Shown: positions 38,087-49,503 of the stretch, in pieces
How the letters are laid out: the number at the start of each line of letters is the position of its first letter
How positions within the stretch are numbered: position 1 is the first letter of the stretch
From: a bacterium
GTDB taxonomy: Bacteria; Hinthialibacterota; Hinthialibacteria; Hinthialibacterales; Hinthialibacteraceae
Length of the DNA stretch: 64,000 nucleotides
Assembly: GCA_016125385.1 (NCBI GenBank)
Contig: WGLV01000021.1
Location: forward strand, 31,429 to 95,428
Direction: 5' to 3'
Translations under genes and position numbers: made by a program
Notes under the pieces: generated by a model
Told to the model about the DNA's origin: nothing
Databases searched by the model: none
What the model saw: only the letters and a program-made list of their open reading frames with translations

Positions 38087-40142
38087 CGGGAGCCTCCATG
38101 CCGGCTTGTTCGAGTTCAGCGATTTTGTCACGGTATACCGCCGCTTTTTCGAATTCGAGATTTTTGGCCGCTTCCACCATGCGCCGTTTGAGTTCGGCGA
38201 CGGCGTCTTTGCTGCTGCGGGTTTTGACGATGACCGATTCGGAGATTTCGTACAGCAACTCCTCCGTCTCGCGCCGTTTAACCGAGCGCGCCTCGAGAAT
38301 CGAGCGCACCTTCTTCTGGATGGTTTTCGGAATGATTCCATGCTTTTCATTGTAGTCAAGCTGAATCCGGCGGCGGCGCTCCATCTCGGCGATGGCGCGG
38401 TCCATCGATTTGGTCGGCTTGTCGGCGTACATCACCACCTCGCCGGCGACGTTGCGGGCGGCGCGCCCGCAGGTCTGAATCAGCGAACGCTCGTCGCGCA
38501 GAAAGCCTTCGCGGTCAGCGTCGAGAATGGCCACTAGAGAAACCTCGGGCAGATCGAGCCCCTCGCGCAGCAGGTTGACGCCGACGATGACGTCGAACTC
38601 GCCGCCGCGCAGCCCCTCGAGTATCTCGGCGCGCTCAAGGGTATCGACCTGAAAGTGAAGCCAGCGCACCTTGATGCCCAGGTCCTGCATATAGCCGCTC
38701 AGGTCTTCGGCCATGCGCTTGGTGAGCGTAGTGACCAGCACGCGCTCGTTGCGCGCGATGCGCTCGCGCACGCGGGCGATGAGATCGTCGACCTGACCGG
38801 TGGCGGGCCGCACGGTGATCTTGGGGTCGACCAGACCGGTGGGACGGATGATCTGTTCGGCGATATTCTCGCTGTTTTTGACCTCGATCTCGGCGGGCGT
38901 GGCCGAGACGAAGATCGACTGGTTGATCGAGTTCCAGAACTCTTCAAAGGTGAGCGGGCGGTTATCGAGCGCGGAGGGCAGGCGGAAGCCGTAATCGACC
39001 AGCGTCTGTTTGCGGCTGCGGTCGCCGCCCGACATGCCGCGAATCTGGGGCAGCATGATGTGCGACTCGTCGACGATGAGCAGAAAGTCGTCGGGGAAAT
39101 AATCGATCAGCGTGCTGGGCGGCATGCCGGGGTCGCGGCCGTCGAGATGGCGCGAATAATTTTCAATGCCCTGGCAGAAGCCGGTCATCTCCAGCATTTC
39201 GAGATCGTAGGAGGTGCGCTGTTCGAGCCGTTGCGCCTCGACCAGCCTGCCCTCGCCGCGCAATTGCTGGAGGCGCTCGCGCAGCTCTTCGCGGATGGTT
39301 CCCACCGCGCGTTGCAGGCGCTCGGGCGCGGTGACGTAATGGCGCGCGGGGTAGATGGTGATGCGCTGATGTTCGCCCACCACTTCGCCGGTCAGCGGAT
39401 CCATGGCGAGGATGCGGTCGACGTCGTCGCCCCACATTTCGATGCGGTACGGGTGTTCGCCGTAACCGGGGAAGATTTCGATCACATCGCCGCGCACCCG
39501 CATGGTTCCGTGGTGAAAGTCCATGTCGTTGCGGTGATATTGCAGATCGACCAGGCGGCGCAGCAGGCGCTGGCGCGGGATACTGTCGCCCACCGCGATG
39601 GGGCAGATCATCTCGCGGTATTCTTCAGGCGAACCCAGACCGTAGATGCACGACACCGAGGCGACGATGATCACGTCGCGGCGCTCCATCAGGTTGGTGG
39701 TGGCCTCCAGCCGCAGGCGCTCGATCTCGTCGTTAATGGTGACTTCCTTCTCGATAAAGACGTCTTTGGAAGGGACGTAGGCCTCGGGCTGATAGAAGTC
39801 GTAATACGATACAAAGTAACCCACGGCGTTATTAGGGAAGTATTCCTTGAACTCGCTGTATAGCTGGGCGGCCAGCACCTTGTTATGGGACATGATGAGC
39901 GTGGGCTTGTTAACCCGCGCGATCACGTTGGCCATGGTGAAGGTCTTTCCGCTGCCGGTGACGCCCACCAGCGTCTGGTATTTCTTTTTTCCGAGCACGC
40001 CCTCGGCGAGCGACTCGATGGCGGCGGGCTGGTCGCCGGTCGGCTGGTACTCCGACGCCAGTTCGAAGGGGATCTCTTTGACGCCGTGTTCGTCGCGCCG
40101 CGCCGCACTCTCGGTAATCGCCTGGATTTTTTCAACTCGCAT
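38025..40142 (-). CDS. uvrB: Excinuclease ABC subunit B
   Basis: [34 protein letters not shown]-terminal UVR motif. Confidence 0.97.
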   Translation of the reverse strand: MRVEKIQAITESAARRDEHGVKEIPFELASEYQPTGDQPAAIESLAEGVLGKKKYQTLVGVTGSGKTFTMANVIARVNKPTLIMSHNKVLAAQLYSEFKEYFPNNAVGYFVSYYDFYQPEAYVPSKDVFIEKEVTINDEIERLRLEATTNLMERRDVIIVASVSCIYGLGSPEEYREMICPIAVGDSIPRQRLLRRLVDLQYHRNDMDFHHGTMRVRGDVIEIFPGYGEHPYRIEMWGDDVDRILAMDPLTGEVVGEHQRITIYPARHYVTAPERLQRAVGTIREELRERLQQLRGEGRLVEAQRLEQRTSYDLEMLEMTGFCQGIENYSRHLDGRDPGMPPSTLIDYFPDDFLLIVDESHIMLPQIRGMSGGDRSRKQTLVDYGFRLPSALDNRPLTFEEFWNSINQSIFVSATPAEIEVKNSENIAEQIIRPTGLVDPKITVRPATGQVDDLIARVRERIARNERVLVTTLTKRMAEDLSGYMQDLGIKVRWLHFQVDTLERAEILEGLRGGEFDVIVGVNLLREGLDLPEVSLVAILDADREGFLRDERSLIQTCGRAARNVAGEVVMYADKPTKSMDRAIAEMERRRRIQLDYNEKHGIIPKTIQKKVRSILEARSVKRRETEELLYEISESVIVKTRSSKDAVAELKRRMVEAAKNLEFEKAAVYRDKIAELEQAGMEAPDRGAPQRAPRPAPRKRRPGR

Positions 40143-40296
40143 GGTTACCCGCGTAAAAATTATTCGTTTGAATTGGTAATACGAACACGCGCGCCGCGTT
40201 ATTCATAGTGTATCGCCGTTTGATCACAACACCAACGCGGTGGACAAAGTCAGCCGCCTTGAAGCGAATCGCGGAAACATGGAGGGAATATTCAAC

Positions 40297-40896
40297 ATGA
40301 CTAACGAGGCGTATGACTATGAATCCGGTTTCTGGCGGCGGCAATTTGAAGAAAGAACGACGCCGTTGCAGCACCTGTTCGATGGGATATTCGGGGTACT
40401 GACGCCGCTCGGGCTTCTGCTGGTGAATCCTATCGCCCTGTACGAACTGTTGTTCTGGTTCATTCGAAGAAACCCCGTTCACGGGAGCGCGGGCGACGCG
40501 CCGTTTCCCTTCACGCCCTACCTGTTTCTGACTCTGTTTTCCGACTACGCCGATCCGAGTTACTCGTTCATCCTGCTGGAAACCAGCGTTCTGTGGGCGT
40601 GCATGGCGGGTTTCTGGCGCACACCCGTCTCGGCAGGCGTGCTGATACTCGGCGCGACGGGTTCATTTGTAATTGGAATTTCGATTCTGCCGTTTGCGCT
40701 GGTGGGTACGCAATACATCGTGGGGATATTGGGTTTCGCGCCGCTATTCTCCGCGTTTGTGTATTTCCGCAACGGCGTCCGGACTCTCAAGTCAGCGCCG
40801 CCGGAGAGCCGCTTGAAACGGAAATTGCGTTTTTTGTGCGGCGCGCTGCTCGCGGCGGCGATCCCTCTGACGATCTGGTGGATTGCATGCGAATGA
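40297..40896 (+). CDS. Hypothetical integral membrane protein
   Basis: Several hydrophobic segments; ATG at 40297 after GGAGG. Confidence 0.6.
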   Translation: MTNEAYDYESGFWRRQFEERTTPLQHLFDGIFGVLTPLGLLLVNPIALYELLFWFIRRNPVHGSAGDAPFPFTPYLFLTLFSDYADPSYSFILLETSVLWACMAGFWRTPVSAGVLILGATGSFVIGISILPFALVGTQYIVGILGFAPLFSAFVYFRNGVRTLKSAPPESRLKRKLRFLCGALLAAAIPLTIWWIACE

Positions 40897-40943
40897 CTCG
40901 GCCTTTCCATCGCCCCAAAGCCCAGACGGGCTCATTGAGCTCG

Positions 40944-42329
<1,386 letters not shown>

Positions 42330-42505
42330 CCCAGTACCTCGTGAATATCATTTCATCGGCTGGTTCATTGTAGCAGCATTCAAAACGATCGCCGACCAGG
42401 GCGAACCGGCGCGCCGGTTCCGTTGCCGAAGACTCGGATGTTTTGATAGGATAAGCGGCGAACGAACCTATTTCATGAGCGACTGGATTTTTCGGGAGGA
42501 ACGCC

Positions 42506-44167
42506 ATGACAAAACGATACGCGCTTGGCATCGATTTCGGCACGGAATCGGGACGGGCCCTGCTGGTCGACGTGGAAACCGGCGAAGAGATCGCGACTCA
42601 CGTACACGCCTACGCGAACGGCGTACTGGACGAAACCCTGCCCGGCGGCGAAGCGCTGGGCCCCGACTGGGCGCTGCAAGACCCCAACGACTGGCTCGAA
42701 ACGCTGCGCGTCACCGTGCCCGCCGTCATGAAAGCGGCCGGAGCGAGCGCGGACGAGATCATTGGCATCGGCGTCGATTTCACCTCCTGCACGGTGTTGC
42801 CCGTCGACGCGAACGGCGAACCGCTCTGTAACGACCCCGCCTTGCGGAAGCGCCCCCACGCCTGGCCCAAATTATGGAAGCACCACGCGGCGCAGCCCGA
42901 AGCCGACAAGATCACCCAGGCGATCAGAGACGCGGGCGACCCCATTCTCGAACGCTACGGCGGCAAAATGTCGTCGGAATGGATCTTCCCCAAAATCTGG
43001 CAGGTTCTCGACGAAGATGAGTCAACCTTCGACGCCGCCGCGCGATTTATCGAAGGCGGCGACTGGATCGTCGAAAAACTGTGCGGCCAGGAAGCGCGCA
43101 GCGCCTGCATGGCGGGTTATAAGGGCATGTGGGGCGGCGATGAAGGCTTCCCCTCCAAAGACCTGCTGGCGCGGCTCCACCCCAGGCTGGGCGATCTGGT
43201 CGGAACCAAACTGTCGAACGATATCCGGCCGCTGGGCGGCAAAGCGGGCGAACTGACCGAAGAAGCCGCCGCCCTGATGGGTCTCAAGCCGGGCGTCGCG
43301 GTGGGCGTCGCCGTGATCGACGCCCACGCCGCCGTGCCGGGCGCCTCGGTGACGCAGTCGGGCCGCATGGTGATGGTGATGGGGACCTCAACCTGCCACA
43401 TGCTGCTTTCAGAAAAGAAAATCAACGTCCCGGGGATCTGCGGCTACGTCAAAGACGGCATTCTGCCCGGCTTTTACGGTTATGAGGCGGGGCAACCCGC
43501 GGTGGGCGACATCTTCGCCTGGTACGTGGAGCATTGCGCGCCGCGTTCGGTACATGAAGAAGCCGCGTCGCGCGGCGTCAGCCCGCATCAACTGCTTGAA
43601 GAGCGCGCCGCCGCGCTGAAACCCGGCCAGAGCGGGCTGATCGCGCTCGACTGGTGGAACGGCAACCGCTCGGTGCTGGTCGACGCGGAATTATCGGGCC
43701 TGATTTTAGGCATGACGCTGACCACGCGCCCCGAAGAGATTTACCGCGCGTTGATCGAAGCGACCGCCTTCGGCACGCGGCGCATCATCGAAGCGTTTGA
43801 AGAATCGGGCGTACCGATCGCGGAGATCTACGCGTGCGGCGGGCTCCCGCAACGCAACCGGATGATGATGCGGATTTATGCCGACGTGACCGGGCGGCCG
43901 TTTTACGTGGCGGCCTCGCAACAGGCGTCGGGGCTGGGCGCGGCCATTCTGGGCGCGGTGGCGGCGGGCAAGGCGGGCGGCGGGTATGACTCGCCCACGG
44001 AAGCGGCTCAGAAGATGGCGCGGCTGCTCGATGAAACCTATCAGCCCAGCGCCGAAGCGCATAAAACCTACTCCGCGCTGTATCAGGAATACCTGGCCCT
44101 GCACGATTATTTCGGCCAGGGTGAAAACAACGTCATGAAGCGCCTGCGCGCCATGAAACACGCATGA
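42506..44167 (+). CDS. araB: L-ribulokinase
   Basis: GIDFGTESGRA, KLWKHHAAQ, RYGGKMSSEW, IDAHA, LDWWNGNRS. Confidence 0.92.
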   Translation: MTKRYALGIDFGTESGRALLVDVETGEEIATHVHAYANGVLDETLPGGEALGPDWALQDPNDWLETLRVTVPAVMKAAGASADEIIGIGVDFTSCTVLPVDANGEPLCNDPALRKRPHAWPKLWKHHAAQPEADKITQAIRDAGDPILERYGGKMSSEWIFPKIWQVLDEDESTFDAAARFIEGGDWIVEKLCGQEARSACMAGYKGMWGGDEGFPSKDLLARLHPRLGDLVGTKLSNDIRPLGGKAGELTEEAAALMGLKPGVAVGVAVIDAHAAVPGASVTQSGRMVMVMGTSTCHMLLSEKKINVPGICGYVKDGILPGFYGYEAGQPAVGDIFAWYVEHCAPRSVHEEAASRGVSPHQLLEERAAALKPGQSGLIALDWWNGNRSVLVDAELSGLILGMTLTTRPEEIYRALIEATAFGTRRIIEAFEESGVPIAEIYACGGLPQRNRMMMRIYADVTGRPFYVAASQQASGLGAAILGAVAAGKAGGGYDSPTEAAQKMARLLDETYQPSAEAHKTYSALYQEYLALHDYFGQGENNVMKRLRAMKHA

Positions 44168-44228
44168 AAGCGAATTTACAATTTCAGAAAAGCGATTACA
44201 ATCGAGTGAACGAAAGTTCATTGAGGAG

Positions 44229-45104
44229 ATGCGACCGTTGACTGCGGCAAAGATTTATAACCTCTTTTCCGAAACTGCTGTTTTCATGTCATGTGAAGAC
44301 AACTTGTCATTCATGCGTCCTTTACCCTGCGAGAGCATGAAGTTGATCGTGACATCTCCACCTTACAACATCGGGAAAAAATACGAAAAGAATTCTCCTC
44401 TCGATCAATACATCGATCAGCAAACAAGAGTAATTGATGAATGCGTCCGATTGCTTCACCCGAATGGTTCGATATGCTGGCAGATCGGTAATCACGTTCA
44501 GAAGGGCGAAATAATTCCGCTCGACGTGATTCTGTACCCAATTTTCAAAAGGCATGGTTTGCACCTTCGCAACCGTATAGTCTGGCACTTTGAACATGGA
44601 CTTCATTGTTCAAAGCGCTTGTCAGGCAGATATGAAACCATTTTGTGGTTTACAAAAAACGACGAGTACACGTTTAACCTTGATCCCATTCGAATTCCCG
44701 CCAAGTATCCTCAAAAAAAGTATTTCAAAGGTCCGAAACGAGGACAGTTATCGGGGCATCCGGACGGCAAAAATCCTGGCGATGTATGGGTGATTCCCAA
44801 CGTGAAAAACAATCACGTTGAAAAAACAATTCACCCGTGTCAGTTCCCCGTCGAATTAATTGAACGTCTAGTTTTAGCGCTAACCGAGCCAGGTGATGTC
44901 GTTTTTGATCCATATATGGGTGTTGGATCAAGTATAATCGCCGCCGCAAAGCATGACAGAATCGGTTATGGATGCGACACCGTTAAGGAATACGTTAAAA
45001 TCGCTTGGGAACGAGTTAATCAGCTTCAGGCAGGAACATTACGAACGCGCCCCATGGGGAAACCGGTATACGATCCTACGAAACCAAACGGCGGGCATTC
45101 ATGA
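44229..45104 (+). CDS. Beta-class N4-cytosine (N4/N6) DNA methyltransferase of a type II R-M system
   Basis: TSPPY (motif IV) before HPCQFP and DPYMGVGS (motif I); AT-rich DNA. Confidence 0.92.
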   Translation: MRPLTAAKIYNLFSETAVFMSCEDNLSFMRPLPCESMKLIVTSPPYNIGKKYEKNSPLDQYIDQQTRVIDECVRLLHPNGSICWQIGNHVQKGEIIPLDVILYPIFKRHGLHLRNRIVWHFEHGLHCSKRLSGRYETILWFTKNDEYTFNLDPIRIPAKYPQKKYFKGPKRGQLSGHPDGKNPGDVWVIPNVKNNHVEKTIHPCQFPVELIERLVLALTEPGDVVFDPYMGVGSSIIAAAKHDRIGYGCDTVKEYVKIAWERVNQLQAGTLRTRPMGKPVYDPTKPNGGHS

Positions 45105-45712
45105 AAATCGTTGAATTCTATTCACACCTGAACGGACATGAATACATTCTCGTTCATAAGCCCTCTCTATGGAATGAAATTGAATCCATCATCTATGGAA
45201 TCAATGCGGAAGAATGCAAAACGAAAATTTCCAAAGAAAAACGAATGATTGGGAAAACTTTGTATTCTCCGAAAGACATGAATAAAAAAATGCAATCTGG
45301 ATTTCAAAAAAAGCACTGGGAAGAAAAACGAATTTCGTACTGGGTAACCAGAGACGCGCAATTGATCAGGAAAACCCTTCACCTGTCCGCCGCCGAGCAA
45401 AAACAGGAGATCGAAGAGGCAGGCCAGGAAGCGATCTATTCGTACAACCAGACGGATTTCGTCAAAGACCGAATCGCGGTCGAAGTTCAATTCGGCAAAT
45501 ACGCATTTGTGGCGTTCGATCTATTCGTCAAGCATCTCGCGTTTTACGTCGGCGACATGATCGACGTGGGCGTCGAGATTCTCCCCATGAAATCGCTTCA
45601 ATCGCAAATGTCATCCGGCGTAGCGTATTATGAAGGCGAGTTGTACAACCTGATCCGAGAAGGACGCGGCGTACCCGCTGTTCCGCTGGTACTCATCGGC
45701 ATCGCTCCATGA
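45101..45712 (+). CDS. BglII/BstYI family type II restriction endonuclease
   Basis: NQTDFVKDRIAVEVQFGKY with the D...ExQ catalytic variant; overlaps the MTase stop (ATGA). Confidence 0.88.
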   Translation: MKIVEFYSHLNGHEYILVHKPSLWNEIESIIYGINAEECKTKISKEKRMIGKTLYSPKDMNKKMQSGFQKKHWEEKRISYWVTRDAQLIRKTLHLSAAEQKQEIEEAGQEAIYSYNQTDFVKDRIAVEVQFGKYAFVAFDLFVKHLAFYVGDMIDVGVEILPMKSLQSQMSSGVAYYEGELYNLIREGRGVPAVPLVLIGIAP

Positions 45713-46401
45713 CGACTCGCTTCTTCTTTCCATCGATCATTCTTTTCTTACCCCTAGCCATTTTCGCCCAGGGCGGCGGGGAGAGCGAGCACCTACAGCG
45801 GGCGATTCGCGGATGGACGTTGTTCGTCGAACGGGCGCTGGTCGAGCGAGAGCCCGCGCTGAGCGGCCGCGCGCTGGAGCTGCTCGACGCCAAACTGCTC
45901 GACATCGAACGCGCGCTGCCCGATGGACCGCTGGCGCGGCTGAAAGAGGTCCCGATCTGGATCGACCTGAACCACGAACCGTTCCCCGGGGCGGTGTATC
46001 ACCCCTCCGCCGACTGGCTGCGCGAACACGGCCACGACCCGCGCATGGCCGGCGCCGTCCACATCGCCAACGCGACGAATTTCATTGAGTGGAGCAAGCA
46101 TCAGTACGCGATGGTGCTGCATGAGATGGCGCACGCCTATCACCATCAGGTTCTCGGCTACGATCACGAGGGAATCAAGCAGGCGTTCGAGCATGCCAGG
46201 CGCGAGCATCTGTACGAATCGGTTCTGCTGTATAACGGAGAACACAAACGAGCCTACGCGCTGGAAAACGAGCAGGAATATTTCGCGGAATGCACCGAGG
46301 CGTTTTACGGCGTGAACGACTTTTACCCGTTCGTCCGCGCCGAACTGCAGGAATACGACCCCGTCATGTTCGAGACGCTGCAATCGGTGTGGGAGCCATA
46401 G
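45709..46401 (+). CDS. Secreted zincin metallopeptidase
   Basis: Signal peptide, VLHEMAHAYH, EYFAECTEA. Confidence 0.8.
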   Translation: MTTRFFFPSIILFLPLAIFAQGGGESEHLQRAIRGWTLFVERALVEREPALSGRALELLDAKLLDIERALPDGPLARLKEVPIWIDLNHEPFPGAVYHPSADWLREHGHDPRMAGAVHIANATNFIEWSKHQYAMVLHEMAHAYHHQVLGYDHEGIKQAFEHARREHLYESVLLYNGEHKRAYALENEQEYFAECTEAFYGVNDFYPFVRAELQEYDPVMFETLQSVWEP

Positions 46402-46407
46402 CCGCGC

Positions 46408-46908
46408 TCACCATTTCAATGGAATAAAATCAAAACGCAGCAGATCGGTGGATTCGTTCCATTCCATCACGCAGACGGACGATTGCAGGTTAAAACGCGG
46501 GCGCGAGGCGGCCCCGGGGTTGACGATAAACGCGTTTTTCATGAACTCCAGATGCTGTTGATGGCTGTGTCCGGTGACGATCAGCCGCACCCCATCGCGC
46601 TCAAAATCGCGTAACATCTCGCGATGGCGCGTCTCTTTCGACTGGGAATACCGGTGTCCGTGCGCCAGCCCCGCCCGGCCGAAAGGCAGCGCAACCACCC
46701 GGGTAAGCGGAAGGGTCTCGCCCGGCGCATCGCAGTTGCCCGCCACCGCATACACGGGCGCGATCGTTTCAAGCGCGCGCAACACCTCGCCGCCCACCAC
46801 GTCGCCGCCGTGCAGAATCGCCTCGACGCCGTGGAAGATTTCACTTATTCGGGCGTGCACCGCGCCGTGGGTATCGCTGATGATTCCATATCGTTTTACC
46901 GCCGTCAT
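46408..46908 (-). CDS. YfcE-like metallophosphoesterase
   Basis: ISDTHG, HGGD, AGNCD, HGH, GHSH, NPG. Confidence 0.88.
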   Translation of the reverse strand: MTAVKRYGIISDTHGAVHARISEIFHGVEAILHGGDVVGGEVLRALETIAPVYAVAGNCDAPGETLPLTRVVALPFGRAGLAHGHRYSQSKETRHREMLRDFERDGVRLIVTGHSHQQHLEFMKNAFIVNPGAASRPRFNLQSSVCVMEWNESTDLLRFDFIPLKW

Positions 46909-47068
46909 ATTCAGGGCTCCTTCCGCAGACACAGCCAGTCATATCTTGATATCAACCCATCGCCTGTAAACAGGCGCGGAGCCTCGGCATCTCGATTTTG
47001 CTTGAGATTTTTACACAAAAAGATTATGCTGGCTGCCTGTAAAAAACCAGCTTGCGAGGGGGGACGTC

Positions 47069-47935
47069 ATGAGCGCGAAAAAATGGATCTTCATCGGATG
47101 CGGCGGCTGCCTGGGCGTACTCGTCCTGCTGATTCTGGTAGCGGGCGGCGGCTGTTATTTCTTTTTGAATAAAATGGGCAAGTTTACGGCGCGCATCGAC
47201 GAAGTGACCCGCCGCGTGAAGGAGATGAACGAAACCTACCCGTTCACGCCGCCCGATAACGGCGTAATGGACCCGGCCCGCTTTGACGACTATCTCTCGA
47301 TTCGCGAAACGGCGAATCAGGCGGGAGTAGATCATTTCAGCTGGTTGTTCGACATGGCGCGGGGCGATCAGCAAACCGAACGCCCCTCGGGCCTGCGGAT
47401 GGCCATGAAGTTCGCCAGCCTGCCGCAATCGTTCATCGACGCGACGGAAACCGAACTGGACGCGATGGACGAAAAAGAGATGTCGCCCAACGAGTTTATT
47501 TTTTATACGCAATCAACCGCGTCTGAAATCATCTCATGGCTCGACGAAGACGACGACGCATTGAAAAGCAAGGCGCAGGATTATCTGAAACGGATGACGG
47601 AAATGCAGGAGCGCATCCGCGAGCAGGAGAAGAAAAATCCCCATTCAAACATCAATGCCGGGGTGTTTGAGCGCGACGAGTTCGTGGCGGAGATGAAGAC
47701 GCACATCAACGGCGCTCACCCCAACCGCGATCTGATTCTCACCAACTTTGAGAGGATCAACTCCATGGAGTTGGGGGCGTTCGTCGACGCATGGTCGAAT
47801 ACGTTGCCTGATATCAACAGCGGAATGAACATGCACAATCAACCCGCTCCGTTTCCGCCGGATTCACCGAAGCCCGACGCCTCGCAAAGCGCTTCACCCG
47901 AGGACGTCAGCCCCGCCGCGGCGGACTCGTTTTAG
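47069..47935 (+). CDS. Hypothetical N-terminally membrane-anchored helical protein
   Basis: KKWIFIGCGGCLGVLVLL anchor, helical body, Pro-rich tail. Confidence 0.7.
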   Translation: MSAKKWIFIGCGGCLGVLVLLILVAGGGCYFFLNKMGKFTARIDEVTRRVKEMNETYPFTPPDNGVMDPARFDDYLSIRETANQAGVDHFSWLFDMARGDQQTERPSGLRMAMKFASLPQSFIDATETELDAMDEKEMSPNEFIFYTQSTASEIISWLDEDDDALKSKAQDYLKRMTEMQERIREQEKKNPHSNINAGVFERDEFVAEMKTHINGAHPNRDLILTNFERINSMELGAFVDAWSNTLPDINSGMNMHNQPAPFPPDSPKPDASQSASPEDVSPAAADSF

Positions 47936-47973
47936 TTGGACTCATCGCATCCCCGGTCAGCGGGCCGCACCGA

Positions 47974-49395
47974 TCAGGCGGAGCCTTCGTAGCGTTTTTT
48001 GACGTCGCGATAGTTGATGTCGTATGAATAGATCGCGCCGTAGGCTTCGCGCGCGCCGGCCTTGTCGCCGCTTTCTTCGCGGGCGAGGCCGAGGTAGTAA
48101 TAGGCTTCTTTCAACTCGGGCGTGGGGACGTGAGAGTACCCTTTATTCTTGAAGAATTCCAGCGATTTTTCATACTGCTGAATCGCCAGCGGCAGGTCGC
48201 GCCGCGCGCGAAAACATTGCCCCAGCAGAAAGAATCCCTTGCCCGCCCATGACGGCTCGTGAATCAGGCGCTGAAGGGCGGTGATCGCCTCGTCGAGACG
48301 GCCATGTTTCAGCAACAGCTCGCCCAGTTCGGCGCGTTCGAGGTGGCGTTCGGGGTGCATGCGCATGACGCCCTCCAACACCTCGATGCGCGTTTTTTCA
48401 CGCTCGACCTTGAGCGTTTCGAGGCGGCGGAACTGTTCGGGCGTCAGTTTTCCGCTGTTTTTCAATTCGTTCATGTGGGCGATTTCGGCTTCGAGATACT
48501 CGTCGCGCAGGCCGGCGTCTTCCGGGTGAACGCGGACGAGGTCTTTGTAGAGCCCGAGGCAGATTTCCAGATCGCCGGTTCGCCGCCAGAGGCGCGCCTG
48601 TTCACGCTGAGCCGGTTCGAAGTGAGGATTTTTATCGAGAATGAGCCCCAACACTTTTTCGGCCTGTTTGAGGTGGCCGCCGCTTATGTAATGAGCGGCG
48701 ACGTCAACGCCGATGCCGTGGTTATCAGGCGAGGCCTTATACGCGGCCAGCATCTTGTCGAGTTTTTCCATAAACTCTTCGTTATCGAGCGCGTCCAGCT
48801 TTTCTTTTTCCATCGCGCGGCGCCGGGCCTTGAGATCTTCAGGCACGCCGACGCGGGCGTAGGCCAGAGCGGCGACATCGCGCAGGCGGTGCTCGATTTT
48901 GTCATCGCCGGGGCGCAACGCATGCAACCGTTGCAGCATCTCGGCTGCGCGCTCATGCTCGCCGAGTTGAACCAGCGTTTCAGCGCAGGCGCGCAGAGCG
49001 GGTTGATGAGTGGGTTTGAGTTTCAGCACGGCCTGGTACAGCTCACAGGCCTCTTCGGCATGATTGAGTTTTTCAGCGCATCGCGCGAGGGCGAACGCCG
49101 CCCCCGCGTGATCGGGTTTTACCCGGTGGATGAACTTGAACGATTTATACGCCGGCTCGGTCCGGCCGGCCAGCAGGGCGAGGGTTCCCGAAAGGTATTT
49201 GAGCCACCAGCCAACCGGCGTGCTTTTACGGCGCGCGCGTTCGACCTCGATGCTTTCCAGACCGTCGAGCGCTTCTTCATTGGATGGAAACTGAGCCAGA
49301 ACCTGGTGAAAATAGCGGTCGGCGAGTTCAAACTCGCCGTCTTTCACCGCCTGGCGTCCCCGGTTGATATAAGCCGCCACATCGATCGATGCCAA
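47974..49395 (-). CDS. Tetratricopeptide repeat protein
   Basis: Repeated TPR-like helices (LGQCF, AYYYLG); C-terminal DINYRDV. Confidence 0.8.
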   Translation of the reverse strand: MASIDVAAYINRGRQAVKDGEFELADRYFHQVLAQFPSNEEALDGLESIEVERARRKSTPVGWWLKYLSGTLALLAGRTEPAYKSFKFIHRVKPDHAGAAFALARCAEKLNHAEEACELYQAVLKLKPTHQPALRACAETLVQLGEHERAAEMLQRLHALRPGDDKIEHRLRDVAALAYARVGVPEDLKARRRAMEKEKLDALDNEEFMEKLDKMLAAYKASPDNHGIGVDVAAHYISGGHLKQAEKVLGLILDKNPHFEPAQREQARLWRRTGDLEICLGLYKDLVRVHPEDAGLRDEYLEAEIAHMNELKNSGKLTPEQFRRLETLKVEREKTRIEVLEGVMRMHPERHLERAELGELLLKHGRLDEAITALQRLIHEPSWAGKGFFLLGQCFRARRDLPLAIQQYEKSLEFFKNKGYSHVPTPELKEAYYYLGLAREESGDKAGAREAYGAIYSYDINYRDVKKRYEGSA

Positions 49396-49503
49396 AGCCC
49401 GGTCTCCCCTCCAGATGGCGTGTTTTCACCCTATAACAAGTAGTCTGAACCGCGCCCGGCGTCAATCCGCGGCGGCGATTTCAGCCGGGCGGGCGGAACG
49501 CAT

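Noticed and set aside
38132..38359. N-terminal extension of the 701-aa ORF 36254..38359
   Set aside because: Alternate-frame read-through of the uvrB coding region, with Arg/Ser-rich non-protein-like composition
38655..39863. Long antisense ORFs (also 51628..52950, 48259..49443, 32141..33277 and others)
   Set aside because: Shadow frames of well-supported genes in GC-rich DNA, with no recognisable motifs
40143..40240. LexA/SOS box upstream of uvrB
   Set aside because: No convincing match to CTGT-N8-ACAG, CGAAC-N4-GTTCG or GTTC-N7-GTTC
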